Part shown: piece by piece, positions 23,941 to 37,080 of the stretch | Layout of the letters: every line of letters starts with the position of its first letter | Numbering within the stretch: the first letter of the stretch is position 1 | NCBI GenBank assembly: GCA_905178155.1 | Contig: CAJINV010000001.1 | Location: 12,763,686 to 12,827,685 of the forward strand | Direction: 5' to 3' | DNA: 64,000 bases | Source: Amoebophrya sp. A120 | Taxonomy: Eukaryota; Protista; Dinoflagellata | Notes under the pieces: model-generated | What the model was told of the DNA's origin: nothing | Database searches by the model: none | The model's input: the letters and a program-made list of their open reading frames with translations, nothing else | Made by a program: the position numbers and the translations under genes

Positions 23941-26900
23941 TTACCCACAGGCGTTCGGACGTTCGGTGTCGTGCATCTCGGTGAGCCAACCCTTAACTTT
24001 CAGCAACAGGCGCTCCTTATGCTTGTCCACTTTCGATTCTTCGACACCCTGGCACCAAAGGGGCAGCAATCGACGAAGCAGGGCCCTCCTGTACCTGGGT
24101 TCGAGTTTGTTTCTACTTTTTTTCGAATGACATTACGTGTGGCAAGGACATCGTTGTGTTTCAAAGCAAGGCTCTGTGAAAATATGTCTCTTTCTCTATC
24201 ATGCTGAAGATGTAGATGCCCGAAAATGAGGACAGATCGCAGTAGTACTGCTCCTGTGCCCTGCCGCAGCGAACGTGAAAGCTGTGCCGCGCAAAAAGCC
24301 GGAGGCGCTGCAGAAACACGCGGAGAAGCTGCGCGTGGTACAATTTTTCTCCTTCCGCTTTGCTCTGCCGATAGAACTCAGCAAAGCCCTGCAGGCCGAG
24401 TTTGCACCTCTTCTTCCTCTGAAACCGCATCGCCTTCTGATGCAGCGCGTGTTCGGCGGCCAGTCGGGAGGTTCGCTGCGTCTTGCTGGTCTGGTGCCAC
24501 AGCTCCAACACAGCAGCCAGCATGGTCTCCGTGTGGTAGCGGGCCGCAATCTCCAGTGTTTCCACAGCTTGCTGGCGAGAGCGGTGCAGTGCGTCCAGAA
24601 CTTTTCGCTTGAGACGGTAGTCGCGGTACTGTCTCGCCTCGACCGCCTGTTGCCGCCGTTTTTCTTGCATCTCCTGCACCTGCTGCTTCTGCGCCTCCTC
24701 TTTTTTTTTCCTTTCCTTGGCGTCGCGAACGCGCTGCCGTTTCTCCTCCACCTCGCGCTCCGCCGCCAACCGCTCGCGCTCTTGCGAAAGCTCCCGTTTG
24801 CGGGCCTCCGCCTCCCGCCGCCGCTCGTCCAACTCCGCGTGCCGGGCCTTCCGCTCCGCGGCGCGCTGCTCCATTTGCAGGACGAGCTTTGACTTCTTCG
24901 GTGGCGCGAGTTGGGATTTCGTAGTTCCCGGACCGCTTTGGCTATGGCTTTGCTCAGCCTCATCTTGCTCGGCAGGTTCGTCGTTCTCATCTGTGGATCT
25001 CGGGCGGCGGGTATCATGGCGATTTTCGGCTCGCGTTCGGTTCGTTCCAGGAGTCGTGCCCATTTCCTGCATGACTACTGTAGATGAAACTCCCGCATCT
25101 CTGTTTCCGGTACTCGAAGAGGCAAATTCTGACGGAGATGTAGTTGTGCGGGGCGGAAAACCCCTGACTCTGCTGGTCGAAGAGGAAGACGTTGCACCGG
25201 CACGACTACGTGACGGATAGCGCACTGCATAGGGATTATTTATGTTTTTACCAGATCCAGTCCCTCCTGCATCACCACAGGAAATAAGCGAGTCAAGGTC
25301 TTCCTCGTCTGCGTCTCTGTCTATCGTAACACGACTTGTGCCGTCGTGGTTTGCAGAAGCGGATACTGCTCCACCACTTCCTGCTCGGAGCTCCAAGAAG
25401 CGCTTGGTTTTCTGCTTGAGCGTTTCTAACGCCCTCAGGTGTCCGGCCTCGCGCGTGAAAAGCGTCCACGCCTGAAACGCCCGGCGCCACTTCTTAGTGG
25501 CCGCGAACTCGCGCGCGCGGGCTTCGTTTGCTTTCTCGCGGGCAAGGGCGCGAAACCACTGCTCTTCGGCGCGCTCCGCGAGCACGAGCTTGACGTACTG
25601 GTTCCAGCTTGCCCAAAGCGCTCGCTGCAATTGGAGTCCGACTTTGCGCTGCAGACGCCGCAGTTTATGCGTCACCTCTGTGTGGCGCTGCCGCCACGTC
25701 TGCCATGCGCCCTCACGGTTGCGTTTCGAAATCAGCTGAAGAGCAAACTGGACCTGGTTTCGGGTTTTAGTTGTCAAGCGAGAAATCTTGATCACGACTT
25801 CTGTACAGACCTTGCATCTTTTGTAGTGGGCACAACACACAGTTCTGCAGATTTCAGTCTTATTTCATTTTACTCAACAGATCTAGAACGAGCAAGTGAA
25901 CAGTTCGAGTAGCATGCTCAACATAGTACCGAGGAAACGATTCGCTTGCATCCCAGGTCTTTTCGTTTTTGTTTTTCCTGTTGCTCTTTTGCGGCCTGCT
26001 TATTTTCCTCGAGTCGTTTCCTTTCGCGGACCCGAGCGGTTTCCTCCTCTACTTCCGCTTTCTGGACGGCAAGCCGCGTCTCTTTTTCCCGAGCACAAAG
26101 AAGAGACTTGTACCTGTTTTGAGGTATGCAACAACGTCAGTCGAGGGGCGATCGGCAGTACAGGCCAAATTACAGGGCAGCAGAAGCAAAGGCAAACACA
26201 ACTAAACTGATAGAAACCTACACAATTTCTTACTTGCATGGATCTTGATACGTACTACAAACTTGGTTCGGTTAGTCGCGCCCACGTGGACGTGCCGACG
26301 AAAAAATGCAATACGCGTTGGTTTCTTTCTTCAGCTCCGCTCTGGCGTTGCGCAGTTCGGTCTCCTGGTGAGCCACGCTGTCTTGCAGACTGGCCACGCT
26401 GCTGCCCTCCGGCTGAAAGATGCTTGATAGCCGACTGTCGTCGATAGTGCTGCAGCAGCTCGTGCCAGGCTCCACATAATCTGCCACACTACCGGTTGTG
26501 GGCGACGCGCAAAGCTTGTCGCCCGGCTTGTTCCCCACCGAGGACCTTGGACTGGCGTCGGCTGCACATGACGTGCTTGTCATCGTGGGAGAGGAGGCTG
26601 CGCCGATTTTCGCAAACGCATTTGGTCCCGCAGGAAAAGAAGCTCTAGTACTCGGTCCACCTGCTTTCGTACTGCCAGTGCAGCTGCTGGTGCTTGGTGT
26701 TGGCGGACGCCGCGTCGTGCGCCACAGAGGCAAAGAGCTTGAGGACGACGAGGTTCTTGACCCCCGACTACCCTGGCCGACCACCGGGTGTCCCTCAACA
26801 TCACGATGCTCATCTTGACCGAACGAACTTCCTGTTGCCGCGAGGGACGCGCGCGAAGCTGCAACAGCTTCCTGCCGTCGCTGTTCCCGTTTTTCCGCGA

Positions 26901-28132
26901 TGAGACGATGCCTTTCCTCCATCACAGCGCGGGGGTCCAGCTGCCGCTCCTCGTCTTCCATTTTATCTACGGCGGTCGGGAGCGCCTGCGAGCAAGCCTT
27001 GCTGCCGGGTCTCGATGTTGTTGAACCGTGATGGTCATTACCCCGTCCATGTTTCTTCCCTGTAGTTGTAGGACAAGAAGGTTGCTCGCGTTGCGCCCGG
27101 CGCTCCTCCTGGACTCGCGAAATGGCTCCCATAGCGACCGCCAGATCTTCCTCAAACGAGGGGTCCAAACTCTTGCTCTCGTTCCGCAATACGGTATGAA
27201 GCACTTTATCTGTAGTTCGATTGTAAAAAGCATACTAGCGAGGCGGTCTTTCCGATGTCGAGTACTGCTCTAGTCTCTGCCGTGAGGACTCCTTCATCTT
27301 TTGCACCTCCACTGCAAAACAAATTCCGAGCCTCTGGCCCGGATAGCGATACGATAGGACACGGACAGATTTTCATTAACATCAAGGCAAATTGTGCTTC
27401 GGATTTGCAGGCACGCACATGAGCAAAACTTATAATACCGGTCAAAAGAGGCGGCGGCCGCGCACCTCCTGTTCGCGTAGGAGCGAATCCGCTTGTAGTT
27501 TGGCTCGGCATGCGGACAGGACCACGAGGCGGCCTTTGGGCAGCATCAGAGGTGCTAGTTGAAGAGGATGTTGCGCACTGTTCTCGGCCAACAAGATCGG
27601 GGATTCGGCGGGGCGGAAAGCTGCTGGATGTCGAAGTACAATCTAAATTTGGAACCTGCCGCGAAGTAGGGGCGTAGACCACGTCTTCGGAGTTCATTAG
27701 ATCGATGGTGTCGACAACAACGTCTTCTGTGCCCCCGCCCGTAAGGTCGTGAACAGGGCCACGACCACCTCCCGAAGATGCTGTAGCGCTGCCACTGGCT
27801 AGCCACGATCGTTTGTTTTTGTTGGTCGTATGCGTTTTTGATGTTTCCCGAGACGGAAGCCGCACCGCCCCCGTTGGCCACTCAGTCTTCGCACCGACCT
27901 TGCGAGAGATGCTGGCCGCCTCCTCTTCGCACTGTAGCCAGTGCGACAAAAGTCGACGGGCTTCTTCGCGACAGGACGGCTCCTCCGCCGGTTTTTGGGC
28001 GCTGGTAGATTCACCTGCTCCAGTTTCTTGTGCCGTCGCCATTTCGACGTCGCCTGTGAAGGTGCTGTCGGGAAGCTCGGGCGGGTTTCGACCTCCGGCA
28101 CCTGTCTCAAACATTCTGAAGGGCGTGTCCAT
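23941..28132 (-). CDS. CCDC191: CCDC191-like coiled-coil protein; multi-exon
   Basis: Motifs recalled as CCDC191-like: EARRLLSHWL, LDPRAVMEERHRLIAEKREQRR, MEQRAAERKARHAELDERRRE and A..Y....L....L..W repeats. GT-AG introns (one acceptor near 25810-25850 unresolved) join ORFs 27206-28132, 26272-27204, a ~25930-26113 exon, 24161-25840 and a terminal exon (YRRALLRRLLPLW...KVKGWL) ending TAA at 23941-23943. Confidence 0.7.
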
Positions 28133-29039
28133 GTCAACGCGCTAGCAAGAAGATAGATATGAACCAATCCAGAAAACTTCCCAATAACAGAATCACTGTA
28201 GGGATTTCTCTCTGTATCTGTTAGATTCGATTACCCTCGAGAGAAATGAAACAAGCACAAAAATGAAACTGTTCAGCAGGTCTGTACAGGTGTCAAGACA
28301 CAAAGCTGCTTTACAGTAGCAACATCTCCTTCTCGTTGAGGGGAAAAATACTGGAGCAGGCTAATTTGTTGCAGATTTTGATTTGCACACAGAGTCTCTC
28401 AGCATTCACACACCCCTTGTTCCATCTCTCCGAAGCCGCAACAGAAGTCCGGCGCAACAAAGCGGAAAACACGTATTGCTCTCGCGATCACAACACTCTA
28501 TTTGCATTTTGTTCGTGCGTTCGTATCAAATAAAGCTAAGCAGAGGTGCCCAGCACCACGCACGACAACAGCCCTGCGTGCTTGAAGTAGAAGTCAGTCC
28601 TCCAAACGCGGTTCGACGTTAACAAAGAAATGTTGGACGCTGCTGGCATAGACACTGTTCTTGTCGAAATACGTCCAGCGATCATGGCTCGTGCGCGAAA
28701 GCCGCCAGACGCGGGACAGAGATTCAAATTCAGGTCTGCTTTCAAAGTACATTCATTACTTTCTTGTTGTGCTTCGTAGGTATTTTGACATTGAGTTGAG
28801 TTGCTGAAACGAAACAAAAGTTGTGAAAAGTAAGTTCATTGAAACAAAAAACGTATTGGTTCTTTCGGTGCTCGTTCTTTGGCGATAGGTGTGAGTGTGT
28901 CCTTATCTACGTGTCCGCAGAATGTCGGAAAAAACCTAGACCGCATATGGGTCTAATTACAGTTGGAAGACAGCTTCGGTAGGCATTTATTCTCACTCGA
29001 GACCGTCACGGTCTGGAAGTGGTGCAGGTGCATTTTCTT

Positions 29040-31443
29040 TCATTGTTTCTTCGTCTGTTCCCGATCGGTGGCCTGGTTTGCTTGCAGCATGACGGCTGCG
29101 ACTGAGGTCATGATGAGAAACAGGGATGAGGCGCTTATCAACCCCCAGGTTGCGGCGACCTGTGCAAATGCGTACTTTCGCACTAAACTTGTGGCGCAGG
29201 GTCCCAATTTCGACGACGCGAGCAAGGTGCTGCCGTACGTCAACCACAAGAAGGACCCGATACTGGCGGCTGTTTCCACCGCAAAAGCGTGACGAAAGTT
29301 GGCGGCACGCTGGCGGTTGAAGACAAAGTCCTCTGTGGTCACAGTCCTTCTCTTCGAAGCCTCGTATGGCAGTACCCCCGGCTGAGAAGTTGAAAGTTCC
29401 GCAAATTTTTCCCCTGCGTTTTGCTGCTCGTCAAGCAGCACCCACTGAGAAAAAGACGCTGCATTTCTGCTCGAAGTATTTGCTGTGGTCTGCTTCTTGG
29501 TACGACAACCTTCGAGACGCCACGAAATCGGAATGGCAGTTTGGTCGTGACCTCGGTGGTCAACGTCGTCACTATGTCCCGCGTTCGCGGACGCTGGCGA
29601 TCCGCTGCGGCGCCCGACGCACAGAAAATAGCGGTCAAACGGCAAGGGCCGGTCAAACGCGATTTCGTGCGTGCGACCCCGATCGCGCACGGCGGATGCG
29701 ATTACGCGGTCACTATGCGTCCACCCGTGGGAATCGCGGAGAAAAAACTCGAAGTGGACCTGCAGAAGTTGTTCATATTAGCGCAATAAACGACAGGGGG
29801 ATCATTACTCCATGTAACGAACCGAGAACGGTTCGTTTCTTTATTGATCACGCACAGGCACCACGCATCACTCAGGAGCCTACGTCATTCTCTGTTCAGA
29901 ATCATCTCTTTTTCATCTTTTGCATTTTCTCTCTTGAATTTAAGTAACAGCAACACAAGGAAGATGAATAGCAGAGCAGCAGCCTACGCATAGTGTATAC
30001 TTTCTTGGAAGTATCGCCGCCCGCAACTCCGGTGATGCGAAGACGGAACCGCGTATAGCTCCACCCAGAGCGGCGGCTTCCTCCCGCGGGCGGGAGAAAA
30101 TAATCCATTGGCGAGCCGGTCGCCACTTTTGCGACGATGTAGGAGACCGGGAAGCCACACAAAACGCTGCCGGCCAGCCAGGTTCGCAGCGCAGCGTCAC
30201 AGGGGCGGGGAGCCGTCGTGCCAAGCAGTGCCAAACTCGCCGCATCGACCACACCAAGACCAAACAACACAGTAGGCAGCCAGTCGCGCATTGTCGTTCG
30301 AGGTCTGTTCGATGGCGCGCCGTCGTTGTCGTCCTCGACTTCCTCATCATCTTCCACTTCATTCTGGCTGCCTGTCGTCGCCCGAAGAAACGGAGGGGCT
30401 CGGTAGGCGTTGGTCAGTGCTAGGACCGACACGGAATTAGAGGTCCCTGTTGTTCCGGAGGTCGGAGAAAGACCACCGACGCCGGATAGCTTGATTCGCA
30501 GCTCTGCGTGTGGTTCTTCTCTACTGATGGTGTAATCTCTTTTGCAGCTGTTGAAATAATCACCGTGAGTGACATAGTGGCTGCTCTTGTCGTGTGCATT
30601 TCTGCTCGTGAAAAGGAAGCTGCTTGCAGCCCTGTTCTTGCCGGGCGCGGCTGGAACCTGCTCCGGGTTCACGCCGTAGAGAAAATCCAGCCACTCGGAA
30701 TGGCGGTGGGCAAAAACCATTTTTCCTTTTTCTAATTCTATACCTTTTTCATTACTTTGATCACATTCACATTCAGAGCTCCATAATTCAAACCGTACTG
30801 TTTTTTCCGGCACACGACAGTTACAGTCATGATGTTATCCTTCTCACGATAACTTCAACTCTCTCTCACTCTGACGCTGAAGTTCGATTTCCCCTTGCGT
30901 GTAAACAAGCAAACACGGCGAAATTATTCGGGCTTGCGTAAAGGAGCGACGTACTAGGAAAACCTCTCAGCATACGACGAGTCGCGCCGGCGCCTTCTCT
31001 CCGGAAAAAACATAAGGGAAAAGTAAACTTTCATGGCCACGGAAACCAATACAGGGATGCGACAATCAGAGCTGCAATGCCCCTGATGTCAGTGAAATTT
31101 GCGTATCTATTTCCACTTACGTTAGCGTCGGTCTTCATGATATGATTATCCAGCTGGTATAAGAGGTTTGTCGCGATCTCGGTCATTTTACAAAGGTTTT
31201 TACATCATACACAATCGGGATAAAAATTATACTGACGGAAACATACTCGGACTCAAGATGCGTAAAGTACTTGTACAATATGGAGAGACGAAGGAAAGGT
31301 GCTTCAAAGTTTGCGATGGTGGCGGCACAGAAACCCTGGAGACTTGTGATGAAACCAGACAGCGCTGCTGGAAAATTCGGAATATTTGAGAAACAACCTC
31401 TTCTTCTTCTGCCCACATCATAAAGCCGTTTTTCTTTTTTCAT
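29040..31443 (-). CDS. Hypothetical membrane protein with an internal F5/8(discoidin)-like motif; 5' exons uncertain
   Basis: ORF 29902-30813 joins via AAA|GT...CTGCAG|GTC to the 29040-29690 frame. TM segments (PCDAALRTWL; SFLWLTYGS..C..WGLIS) flank a PISWRLEG...WVLLDEQQN motif. The start at 31443 is tentative. Confidence 0.5.
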
Positions 31444-31810
31444 AAACTTCTGTACAGTAGCATTAGGATTTGGGGACGCAAGGTTTTATTTGGTATACAA
31501 TTTTCCTGCTCGTTGTCGTTCATTCGAGCCACCTTTTTGTGAAAGGTCTATAGTGTCATATAAAGAGAGAGAGACTGCTTTTTTTGGAAACGTGAAATTT
31601 TTGCCAACATGATCATCAAGGATAAGGTTAAATGTTAACTTCAGGCTGCAAATTAAAATTTCCTTAGGTTCAGCATCATCACACACGACGACGAGTCCTT
31701 CCTTATAACTAGGGCACGGACGAGAACTTGTCATCCGCGCTCTCTTTGTGGTGCCTTCGCCGCGTATCTCTTCCCGTTCGCGTTCGAACTTCTGCCAACT
31801 ACACGTCGAC

Positions 31811-34800
31811 TTACTTTCTCGGAACGGGTCCGAGGAAGTCCTTTGTCAGAACAGCGTGGCAGGCGTCGACTTCCTGCTGCTTACGGCTCGAGTTCCACCC
31901 GAGCTCTTCACCCATGATGTCAACCACACGGCCCACCGCTAAATGCGCGGCGTTGGAATTCACAAAGGCCAGCCTGTTTTAGTTTTTTCCTCGTGACGAG
32001 TCAATCTATCACAATAGTGGATAAATCGTAAGTATCATGATTGATGAAAACCAAAACTCTGTTGTCATACTGACAAATTCAAAATCTGACGGAGACGGTG
32101 GGCGTGCGGTGAATGATTTTCTCTCCGATACAAAATTAAGATACTCTTCGACGATAGAAAAGGAGAAGCAACAAGCGAACCCACGACAGAAGGACGTACG
32201 TTCGAAATGTTCGCTCACTTCTTCTTTGTCGAGTAGGGTGGGATTCGAGGAGCGAGGGACTTCACTTCGACAAATGCAAAATGAAATGTCCTGGTACGTA
32301 GCTGCGAGGCAAGCTGTCGACAAATGCAATAAATGAATACCTGGTTCTTCGTGCGAGAATGTCGGCAGCGGTGCATGCGTGTTCGGTTTGGACGGCGTAG
32401 CGCACCTCGCACTCGAGGAAGGGACAGTTCGGGCTGCTCGTCAGGAGGGGATAGGAAGCGTAGTTTCCGTCTTCCGTCTTCCCGATCTTTGCTTTCTCGA
32501 GCGCCAGCACGTCCGCGGCCCGCGTTCCGTACGTGTTAACCTGAGAGACCGTAGAGCTATGATACATTCATCCGTCAATGCGGCGGAGCTGTCCCAAAAA
32601 AAAAAATCAACGCGCTAGTAAAGCTAACTCCGTCTGCTCTGATCATTTATTTTTGATGCACGATAGAAAACACCGACCAACAATGAGGCGTAACAAGTTC
32701 GTGCGTACTAAGACCAGATCTTCTCTCTTAGTACAACGACAAAAATCGCCAAAAGCACTACCACTAGTACAACAGCTGAAGAAGTAAAAGAGCTGTTGTG
32801 TTGTAACCAGAAAAACCAATTCGAACCAGATGGGCAGCTTGGTCCGGTGGCAGGCGGAATTGGCGAGCGAGCGCCGCGTATCCACTACAAATATGTCTGG
32901 GTCTGGAACCATGCAGGCGGTTGTCACGTTAAACAGAAGTTGTGTCAACCAGACACAGACTTAGCGTCACCGACTTGCAGTTTCCCAGACCCAGACACAT
33001 AATTTGCAATGCATATCGCGGAGAGCGTGGGCGTCCACCCCTGCGGAGCGAAATCCCCGTTTCGTCCGGCACCGAGCAGGGGCGTGTCCAGGGTGACGCA
33101 AGGGCCGGCCTTGGCCTGGAGCGCCTCGTCGGAGCGGAGCAACACCTTGTCCAAGGCGTCCTCCGCCATCTCGCGCCAGGTCGTCCACTTCCCGCCACTC
33201 ACGAAGGTCACGTCGTTCTGCGCGTTATAGCTAACAGTGTGGTCCCGGGACGCGTTGGTGGTGCTGGTGTCGTATGCATGGCAAAAGCATTGCGTCGCAC
33301 GTAGTCGTGATTGCATCACAAACCACATTTATCTATCACAAGAAGAATGAAATTGAAATTGGTCATGCATTTTTAGGTGATAGATAAGGCGGCTCTGTCA
33401 TGCAGTATTGCAATCACTGCGAGTGCAACACTTTTGCAATTCATAAGTCGTTCGGGTCCTTGGCGAGCGGCCGGGTCCCGTACCACGCGGACAAGACGTC
33501 CTCGCGCCGGGGATGCATGCTCGGCGCCAGGTACTTGCAGCTCTCTTTCAGCTATGCACTGCAAATATTATTCTGGGTCTCAGAGGACGGAGCGTGTCAT
33601 GCGAAGTGGTCCCGATCGATGTGTTGCATGCATTCTCATGCGGCGTAGGCAGCACGAGTTTGAAGGCCTCGCAAAGTCTGTGATGCGTCTGGGTGCATTT
33701 TTCCAGACAGCCATGTGTGATCATGTGGTCGGCGACTCGCACGACAAGGCTTGCATTCTTCCAGACCCAAACATATTTTCCCTGGATATCAACAAGTATT
33801 CCACGTCGTCCTCGGGGACTGCTGGGTGCAGCTCCGGGTTCGACGTCTTCACGTCGGTTGTACCGACGAGCGTGTGGCCCTGCCACGGGAGGTAGAACAT
33901 GAAGCTGCCCCGGGAGGTCTGCATGTCGCACATGCCGAGGTCCCGCGGACAGAAGTTCTCGGGGAGCACGATGTGTGTGCCGCCCGCGCCGGTCACGCAG
34001 GGCTGGAACTTCTTCGCCTCCTCGGGCGTCAGGCCCTCGGACAACTTGCGCACGTCGTCCGTAAACGGCCCGGCACAGTAAATAATCTTTTTAGCGCGGA
34101 TCTGCACTTTCTTACCGCTCAACGCGTCCCGGCAGACGGCACCGCGCGCGTGGCCGTTCTTGTCGAAGACGATCTTCTCTACGACTGTGTAGTTCGTGAC
34201 CGCGGCGCCCTTCAGCATGGCGGTGCACGCAATCGCGAGGTTCGTGCGGGCGTCGTTGTGTGCCCCCTCGTAAAAGACGCTGGTTTTTATGAGGGATGAA
34301 TAACTTCACATTTCTTGACAAACAGAAAACACGCGCGACACAAGTGAGCGTACAATGCGTCTCTATCGTGTTGTAAAAAATGTTGTCAATAACAATAGTC
34401 AGAAACAGTTCAGCTGTGTGGCTATTTTGTTCCAAAGACATTGCTCCAACTACTTACGTCGGTGAGGTGTTCTTCTAACTATCGCTCCACAGGGAGATAC
34501 TAAATCACGAACCGAAAAGCAAAAGTCTATTGAAGTAAAGGATCTCATCGTTACTTTGCGTATTTGAGTCTCGGTGCGTCCATTTGCGGGAAAGCCTCCT
34601 GCAGCTTTCGCGGGAAGATCGTGTAGCTGCTGGGAGCGGCGAAATACCCGAGCGCGTCGTAGCCCTTGAAGAAGAAGCTGTAGAGCCCGCAGGCCGGCCC
34701 GATCGCCGCGGGCGGGTAGCCGAAGGGGGGCGGCCAGATGACCCAGTGCTTGATCGGTACGGCAACCGGGACCCAATAGGTCAGGTGGCTGTTCAGCTGC

Positions 34801-35964
34801 AGCATGTAGGAGCGCTCGCGGAAGTATGAAATGCAAATGTGTCTGGGTCTGGAAGATTCTAAACTTGTAATGCTGTCTCTGGATCCTAAAAAAATTTTTG
34901 TTGCATGACCAGCAAGAGAACTCCAGTTCGTGCTACGCGGAGCGGGCGTTTCTCATGCGGTAGAGGCATCACAAAGTCCTCTGAAAATCTGTGATGCTAG
35001 GGCATGCATCACAGATATCATGGGTCATTCAAAATATGCATGACAAGCCTGGCAATCTTTCAGACCCAGACATTTTTGCATTTGATAGGAAGCAGCCCAG
35101 CACCATGTTGAAGGTCGACGTGAATTCCGACACTGCGTCCGCCGGCGCCAAAAGACTCCCGGGCTGGAAGAGGGACACCAGCGCCTTGACCAGGTACCGG
35201 GATCCGGCCCAGAGGAGCTTCGTGCTCTTGGAACTCGTTCCGCTGGCGAAATCCTCTTGTTCGACACAGGCGGTCGTCAAGCCACGGGTGGTGGCGTCGA
35301 GCGCCAGTCCCGCACCGGTGGCACCCCCGCCGACTACCAAAACATCAAACTCCTCCGCGTCCAGCCGCGCCAGCATCTGCATAGAGGAAAACGGCAATAA
35401 ATACGTCCTTGTTGTAGGCCAGCATCATCATAAGTAGGAAATGCATACGAAAACAGCAATTCAAGAATGAAAGCTACGTACCGCAAGTAAAGCTACACCC
35501 AAACGAGTAATCCTTGTCAATACCTCGTCCCGGGACGGAATTCGCTCCTCGATTACGGTTTTTCGCAGCTCCGCTGATTTCGCCAGCGCCTCTTCATTCT
35601 TGTACTTGCAATACAGCACGCCCGCTCCGACGCCGGCACCGATTCCAAAAACTCCTTTCATGAACCGCGATCCGCGTGGGCGTTGCGTCGCTTGCACCGC
35701 AGCGGCTTCCGAGCTAAAAGCACGGAAGGAGCCTGCATTATTTGCGCCGGCTGGGAAGAAACGTGGATTTGTTATTGCGTTTGGTTCATACGCACCACAG
35801 AAATCAAGGACTGCACCGCTGCGCCCATGCCTACACTGGTCCCACTGACGTAACAATGGCTGATTTCGCACTCTTATGCTTGACAATCTTGTAGCACCAC
35901 GTACAGCGACGGACCCACCTTGTCTTCCGGAAATGCTGTGTCGAAAAAAGACCACTCGCGCCAT
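31811..35964 (-). CDS. GPD2: Mitochondrial FAD-dependent glycerol-3-phosphate dehydrogenase; 9 exons (4 GT-AG introns, 4 TAT...ATA introners)
   Basis: Transit-peptide-like N-terminus, then FDVLVVGGGATGAGLALDATTRGL, EDFASGTSSKSTKL, DVLSAWYGTRPLA, SRDH, GGKWTTWREMAED, EVRYAVQTE and DILARRTRLAF. GT-AG introns at 35377-35523, 34280-34554, 32541-32826 and 31974-32340. Stop TAA at 31811-31813. Confidence 0.95.
32879..33015. mobile_element. TAT...ATA introner (TIR family 1) in GPD2
   Basis: TATCCACTACAAATATGTCTGGGTCTGGAA / rc TATGCATTGCAAATTATGTGTCTGGGTCTGGGAA; flanks ccgcg/tcgcg; removal + 5 nt gives TLSA(T/A)LARQF. Confidence 0.9.
33273..33445. mobile_element. TAT...ATA introner in GPD2
   Basis: TATGCATGGCAAAAGCATTGC / rc TATGAATTGCAAAAGTGTTGC; flanks tgtcg/agtcg; removal + 5 nt gives KDPND(S/T)STTNASRDH. 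Confidence 0.9.
33553..33788. mobile_element. TAT...ATA introner (TIR family 1) in GPD2
   Basis: TATGCACTGCAAATATTATTCTGGGTCT / rc TATCCAGGGAAAATATGTTTGGGTCT; flanks tcagc/tcaac; removal + 5 nt gives VEYLLKESCKYL. Confidence 0.9.
34825..35087. mobile_element. TAT...ATA introner (TIR family 1) in GPD2
   Basis: ~34-bp TIR TATGAAATGCAAATGTGTCTGGGTCTGGAAGATT / rc TATCAAATGCAAAAATGTCTGGGTCTGAAAGATT; perfect GGAAG flanks; removal + 5 nt gives LGCFRERSYML. Confidence 0.95.
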
Positions 35965-36779
35965 TTTGATGAACGTCCACAAGGCTGTCTGAGCCTGATG
36001 ATTTGAATCTGTTCAACTTAAAAAGCCTTAGATTGTCCCCGTGCGATTCACTCGTTTTGTTTTAATAGAGAAAGAGACTCACTCAAGGCTGTCTGAGACT
36101 AAGTGCCGAAAGCCAATATGCTTCGTTTCGCACAGTGGAGAAGAACTGGCGCGGCCATCAACTTTATTGTCTTTTCCCACTCGCACTCGGCGTCGCGTCA
36201 ACATATAAGGGATACTTAGCGGAGAACTAAGTAAATAGGTGCTGATCATTTTGAAAAGCTTCTCGATTCATCGGAATGATCATGCGGTGCCTGCTCTTAC
36301 ATCTGAGTTCATTGTTTCTCAGTTTTGTGCAGTTTTCTTTTTCCCGCGAATCTTTTCTTATTCTTCACAGCGTGAACAACAAGGACGCTGCCCTCTTCTA
36401 GAGTGCGTTTTGAAACTTCGAGCACTGCTTCGCCTACTACCTACTCTCGTATCTATAATTGGCTGCGCCTGTGAAAAAAATTGCAAGTGCAGAGCAACAC
36501 ATTGGCATGTCCGGCCTCAAGCGAATTCTCCTCGGTTATAAGTGTCCTGGCTGATGCTCTGTGTTTGTGCTATTTGTTTTAGCGCTTTGCGGGCATAAAG
36601 CGGCGGACTTTTTTTGCAATAAAACTAAAACTAGGTACGGACCACGCCTTCGCTTGTTGCGAAAAGACCTTGGGCGCCCTTCTTCTTGCCATGTAAGGGG
36701 ACACATTCTTGGATTGCCTGCCCTTACTGGTTTCAGAAGACACGCGCTGGCCGTCCACTCTGTCACTTCTAACAAAATT

Positions 36780-37080
36780 GGCAAATGGCGAAAATTGAAT
36801 AAAAATAAACCGAAAAACCGGAAAAGGAATAACCAAAAAGTGCAGTCGGAAGGACATAGAAAAGCGATAGAAGAAAGAAAAAATATAAAAAAGCTGAAAA
36901 AAAGGAGCAATGAAAAGAAAAAAAAAAAGCGAATGAGAAAAAAAAGGCCATCCAATAGAAAAAAGAAAAGCTGCGCATACTTGAAAAAAGAAAACAAGGG
37001 AAAAAAAGAATCAAGAAAAAAGGGCGGGAGAAAAAAATAAAAAAGGCGAAAAAACAATAATAAAAAAAAAAAAGAAATCG
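36780..37080. repeat. A-rich low-complexity tract
   Basis: Runs of A broken by single G/T/C bases; produces spurious Lys-rich and Phe-rich ORFs. Confidence 0.8.

Noticed and set aside
20912-27438. TAT/ATA trinucleotides near exon ends at ~21118, 21449, 26313 and 27195 as further introners
   Set aside because: No convincing TIR, and in-frame GT-AG introns explain these junctions.
28963-29947. Plus-strand ORFs 28963-29292, 29366-29947 and 29421-29789
   Set aside because: They overlap the better-supported minus-strand exon with TM segments and a good splice acceptor.
31811-35964. GPD2 and the CNB gene as transposon-disrupted pseudogenes
   Set aside because: The reconstructed exons have no stops or frameshifts and keep conserved motifs despite old, diverged insertions. 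RNA data are still needed to exclude this formally.
35980-36100. CAAGGCTGTCTGAG repeated upstream of GPD2 as a spliced-leader relic
   Set aside because: It does not match the dinoflagellate SL (CCGTAGCCATTTTGGCTCAAG) in the sense orientation; it is only a short direct repeat.
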